Positions 60,370 through 64,000 of a stretch of DNA of 64,000 bases are shown here, piece after piece. Source of the stretch: a virus (lineage: Duplodnaviria; Caudoviricetes); the IMG/VR virus record IMGVR_UViG_3300050119_000076, positions 537 through 64,536 of that record; one strand, 5' to 3'. The translations under genes and the position numbers were made by a program. Every line of letters starts with the position of its first letter. Position 1 is the first letter of the stretch. The notes beneath the pieces were generated by a model. The model ran no database searches. It saw nothing but the letters and a program-made list of their open reading frames with translations, and was not told where the DNA came from.

Positions 60370-60527
60370 GCTGCCGGCTTCACGGGAGCCTTCACAACCG
60401 ACGCAACGCCGGTTGTAATGGCGGTCTCAACTGCCGTCAGCCGCTTGTCGATAAACTCGAACACGCGCCAACCAACGAAGGCGAGAGCAAGTACCGACAC
60501 GACGTCGAAAACTAACCAGAGATGCAT
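60366..60527 (-). CDS. Small membrane protein (53 aa)
   Basis: AAGGAG RBS; MHLWLVFDVVSVLALAFVGWRVFEFIDKRL... Confidence 0.55.
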   Translation of the reverse strand: MHLWLVFDVVSVLALAFVGWRVFEFIDKRLTAVETAITTGVASVVKAPVKPAA

Positions 60528-60539
60528 AGTTATTCTCCT

Positions 60540-61499
60540 TTATGCGGACCCAATAGGGGGAACGGCCGTTGTACTCGGCTTAGGCTCCAAAGTCGAGGGT
60601 GTCAGCGGCGCGGTAAGTGATACAACCGGGGCGCCAGCGTCACCGGCTAATCCAGAAAGCACGAGCGAACTAGTAACGATGGGCGGCGGAATGACAGGCG
60701 TGGGCTTGGTAGCCGCAACCAACGCCTGCTGCGTGACGACAGCACTAGCCGCCGCTTTTACCGCCCCAACAATCGCCACGAACACCGCCGCGGCAAGCAC
60801 GCCCAGGACAATCCAGCCCCACAGAGGCATATGCCACGAGACATGCGTCCCTATCGTAGCGGCAGCCGCGATCGTACCAGCGCCAGCGACAGCGAGACCG
60901 CCTGTCTGCGTATTCTTCTGAGAGGCGGCGGTCATATTCAGCACCGTCGTAGGAGCCGAGGAATTCATTTTCGGCATGGCTGCGAACACCGCTTTGGCCT
61001 GCGCCACGCGGAACGCGAGACGAGCTGTTGCAACGGCCGGGCGCTCGTACTGCCAGCAGATCGCCGCGGTCAGCGTTGCAATGTCGCCACCAGCACGCAA
61101 CTGCGCATCCAGCGCGCCATAACTCTCACGACACTCGATCGCCGTGAAGGCAACCTGATAATCCATACGACCGTACCACGGCCATAGCTCCTGAGTTGTG
61201 AGGCCAGGATGCAGGCTCTTGACGTATTGTTCGTATCGCGTCAGGCGATCCAGGCGCCACTGCGCCAGCCCTTCGCTCCCGTGGTCTAGGCCCGCAGTGC
61301 GGAAAGCAGTCGGAAGGCTGACACCGGACTCGGCGCTAAAGTCACCGACGAACGCCGCAGCAGACTCGGCCGGATAACCTTGCGCCTCAAACAGCGTAGC
61401 GCATTGAATTTGTCTGGGGGTCGCCATTGAAAGAACTCCGTAGGGGTTGCCTTGCCACGATGCCGCGAAGGCATCCTTATAATCTTGGGCGGTTTCCAT
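60540..61499 (-). CDS. Endolysin, phage-tail-lysozyme-like domain with C-terminal hydrophobic segments
   Basis: AAAFVGDFSAESG...GLAQW..DR...QVAF...YERP; followed by TM. Confidence 0.75.
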   Translation of the reverse strand: METAQDYKDAFAASWQGNPYGVLSMATPRQIQCATLFEAQGYPAESAAAFVGDFSAESGVSLPTAFRTAGLDHGSEGLAQWRLDRLTRYEQYVKSLHPGLTTQELWPWYGRMDYQVAFTAIECRESYGALDAQLRAGGDIATLTAAICWQYERPAVATARLAFRVAQAKAVFAAMPKMNSSAPTTVLNMTAASQKNTQTGGLAVAGAGTIAAAATIGTHVSWHMPLWGWIVLGVLAAAVFVAIVGAVKAAASAVVTQQALVAATKPTPVIPPPIVTSSLVLSGLAGDAGAPVVSLTAPLTPSTLEPKPSTTAVPPIGSA

Positions 61500-61509
61500 A
61501 GATAGTCCC

Positions 61510-61788
61510 TTATTGAAAAGCGGACGGCTGAACCTCGAAGGCGCCCTCGACTGCGGCCGTCACAATGCCCGTCCCAACCCATCTATAGTGCCATATACCG
61601 GCTACGAGCGGGGTATACAAAGCCTGGAAAACGCCCGTGGTGGGATTCGTCGGCACCACACTTGTCTCATTCCCGCATGGGTCCAGAACGAGACACGCGA
61701 CGTTCGTCGGGTTTGTCGGTACCTTAGTCGTCGCGTCGGCAAACGTCACCGAAATGGTCATTTCGTTGCCTAGCGGGTAGCTGTCCAT
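61510..61788 (-). CDS. Small Ig-like/BppU-like virion protein
   Basis: DPCG...TGVFQALY...AGIWHYRW. Confidence 0.55.
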   Translation of the reverse strand: MDSYPLGNEMTISVTFADATTKVPTNPTNVACLVLDPCGNETSVVPTNPTTGVFQALYTPLVAGIWHYRWVGTGIVTAAVEGAFEVQPSAFQ

Positions 61789-61819
61789 GCTCATTCTCCT
61801 GAGATTGACTTATATAGCA

Positions 61820-63907
61820 TTATGGCCCTCTGAAGACAAACCCCGTAGCCAGGTTATCAATGGCCACCCAATGAGAGATGAGGTTCTGATCCGTCAGAAC
61901 AATCCTCACAGTCTGGTTCCAAGGACTACCAGTCGCGCGAAAGGCACCTGTTTCGCAGGCCAGAAACAGCGGGGTAGTTAACACAAATGTTGCAGTAGAG
62001 CCAATCAGCGCGAAGGAACCGATAGCGCCGTTCAGCGCGTACTGACCGCTCAGTAGCATTGTATTAATGCTACCAACTTCACTAAAGACACCTACGACTT
62101 CATCGAGAATACGATCCCATGCGAGTTGAGCAGATGCCGCTTCACTAAAGACGCCGGTCGCAGCGACGAGATCGCGGCCCCAAGCAAGTTCTGCGGCACC
62201 AGCTTCAGCGAATATGCCGGTCGCGCCGACAAGTTGATGATCCCATGCAAACGAGGTTGCCGAACCGACTTCACTAAAGATGCCGGTCGCAGCAGCACAC
62301 CAGTAATTATGCCGGCACGACGCTATGGAGCCGGTCTCGCTAAAGATGCCAGTCGCACATGCGAGACGATAGCCCGCCGCCAAAGCGGCAGCAGAACCTG
62401 TTAACGCATAGGAGCCCGAAGGGGCGACAATGTCGTGACCCCACTCCAACACTTCGGAGCCGGTCTCGGCGAAGGTACCGGTCGCGCCGACAAGTTTATG
62501 ATTCCAAGCGAACTGTGTCGCAGAGCCGGTCTCAGTGAATACACCCGTAGCCGCGACCAGTTTGTGCCCGACAGTGAGTTTAGCAACGGAGCCTGTTAGC
62601 GCGAACGAACCATCAGACTCGACTAACTTATGGCTCCATTTGAAAGTGGCGGCCTCGCCAGTTAGTGCGAAGGCACCGGTCGCGCCGACAAGTTGATGAT
62701 CCCATGCAAACGAGGTCGCCGAACCGACTTCACTAAAGATGCCGGTCGCCGCAGCACACCGGTAATTATGCCGAAGTATCGCACTGTTTCCGGCCAGCGA
62801 GAAATTACCGTGATCGCCTGCAGCATTATGAGCCCATGCAAGTTTTGCGGAACCGGTAATCGCGAAAGAGCCGGTCGGACAAGTGAGCGTCATACTTTGC
62901 AGCGGAGAAAGTGCTTCAGTGGGGACAGCATCCGTTGGGCCAAAGTCCCCAAGTCCACCAAAAGCTGATGGGTAATGAGAGCGCAAGAAAGTCGCCGAAG
63001 AACCTACCAGCGCAAACGCACCAGGTGCAGCAGTAATTATCTTTGGAAAAGGTTCAACGAACGTCGGAGCGGCATCGGTTGGGCCGAAGAAGCCAAGACC
63101 ACTGCTTAATGTAACTGGAGCGCTCGTTGAACTTCCGACGACAAGAAAGACACCCGAAGGGACTTGGAAAATCCGATCGTAGGCGAACTGTGCCGCAGAG
63201 CCGGTAAAACCGAATGAACCCGTAGCGCCGACAAGTGAATAAGCGGCTGCGTATGAAATCGCGACAAAGCCGGAGCCACCGTTCCCACCGTAAAATGCCG
63301 CAGATAGCGAACCACCCGCGCCGCCACCACCGCCGCCCGTATTAGCGCCGCCGGCACCACCATTCGAAGCATTACCACCAGCCCCGCCACCACCAGCACC
63401 CCCCGCTCCGGCCGTACCTAAGTATGTGCCGCCACCGCCACCGCCGCCGTATGTGCCTCCGGTAAGGGCTGCATAGCTGCCAGCGCCACCTGGACCTGGA
63501 TTGTTACCAGTAGTGGCAGCAGAGTCACCACCACCGCCGCCACCGTTCGATGTAGCGCTATTGCCACCAGTGTTCCCACTTCCTGAAGTGCCACCAACGC
63601 CGACATATTTCCCCGCGCCACCTGGTGCTGCTGAGATCGAGCCAAAGCTTGTGCCGCTACCTGGTGAACCGTTTGAGCTGGGTGCTCCACCAGCGCCACC
63701 AGGACCGATCGCGACAGTAATAACGTCACCAGGCACAACGGACATCGTACCCGTCTTGACCTGACCACCGCCGCCGCCACTGCCAACAGCGTTGTAGCTA
63801 TCTCCACCGCCGCCGCCGCCATCACCGACGACCAAATAGTCGATCGAGTAGACGCCGGTCGGGACGGTGAATAATGTACTGGAGTAAAAATACTGAAAGA
63901 CGGCCAT
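61820..63907 (-). CDS. Gly-rich domain plus ATGxFxxxGS-repeat virion protein
   Basis: FTVPTGV..IDYLVVG.GGGGG...GGSGFVAI; ~20-aa repeats; 98-bp duplicate at 62217-62314/62676-62773. Confidence 0.7.
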   Translation of the reverse strand: MAVFQYFYSSTLFTVPTGVYSIDYLVVGDGGGGGGDSYNAVGSGGGGGQVKTGTMSVVPGDVITVAIGPGGAGGAPSSNGSPGSGTSFGSISAAPGGAGKYVGVGGTSGSGNTGGNSATSNGGGGGGDSAATTGNNPGPGGAGSYAALTGGTYGGGGGGGTYLGTAGAGGAGGGGAGGNASNGGAGGANTGGGGGGAGGSLSAAFYGGNGGSGFVAISYAAAYSLVGATGSFGFTGSAAQFAYDRIFQVPSGVFLVVGSSTSAPVTLSSGLGFFGPTDAAPTFVEPFPKIITAAPGAFALVGSSATFLRSHYPSAFGGLGDFGPTDAVPTEALSPLQSMTLTCPTGSFAITGSAKLAWAHNAAGDHGNFSLAGNSAILRHNYRCAAATGIFSEVGSATSFAWDHQLVGATGAFALTGEAATFKWSHKLVESDGSFALTGSVAKLTVGHKLVAATGVFTETGSATQFAWNHKLVGATGTFAETGSEVLEWGHDIVAPSGSYALTGSAAALAAGYRLACATGIFSETGSIASCRHNYWCAAATGIFSEVGSATSFAWDHQLVGATGIFAEAGAAELAWGRDLVAATGVFSEAASAQLAWDRILDEVVGVFSEVGSINTMLLSGQYALNGAIGSFALIGSTATFVLTTPLFLACETGAFRATGSPWNQTVRIVLTDQNLISHWVAIDNLATGFVFRGP

Positions 63908-63911
63908 CGGC

Positions 63912-64000
63912 TTACCTCACTTCGAGGTCAGCCCATGAGCCCGTCAACGCGAAAGAGCCAGAGATGTTCAGCATTGGCAGCGGCCACATAGCGGCGAAGT
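63912..64000 (-). CDS. C-terminal end of a repeat-type virion protein (truncated by window end)
   Basis: ...LNISGSFALTGSWADLEVR*; same repeat as ORF 1-484. Confidence 0.55.
   Translation of the reverse strand, partial: FAAMWPLPMLNISGSFALTGSWADLEVR

Noticed and set aside
62217-62773. 98-bp near-identical repeat pair as a DGR template/variable repeat
   Set aside because: The three mismatches (T/C, A/C, A/G) are not adenine-specific on one strand, both copies are in-frame protein repeats, and no reverse transcriptase is present

Overview
Near-complete genome of a tailed, probably lytic dsDNA phage, most likely of an alphaproteobacterium. Host clues are a two-piece permuted tmRNA with an ANDN...LAA tag and DUF3309-like membrane peptides. 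Two arms diverge from an AT-rich control region at ~20.7-21.9 kb and converge at an RNA-gene cluster at ~44.85-45.3 kb. The + arm (21.2-44.85 kb) carries small early genes, a MoxR-like AAA+/metallopeptidase-vWA/DUF3150-like module and a replication module: split family-A polymerase, DEDD exonuclease, PD-(D/E)XK nuclease, VRR-NUC, SNF2 helicase, primase-DUF927 helicase, dATP/dGTP diphosphohydrolase-like and HD hydrolase. The - arm wraps across the window ends and carries an intein-containing TerL, portal, scaffold, N4-gp56-like capsid, a 2062-aa polyvalent-type virion protein, tail, lysis and ejection proteins, and a metallophosphoesterase. I recognised no integrase, RNA polymerase, CRISPR array or reverse transcriptase. 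Most notable are: a complete phage-encoded permuted tmRNA directly upstream of a tRNA-Met(CAU); a multi-branch leader RNA predicted to bury the capsid RBS; a symmetric palindrome-within-inverted-repeat element; a Gln-terminated intein; and a structural gene apparently starting at AUC. All family calls come from visual motif recognition, not database searches.
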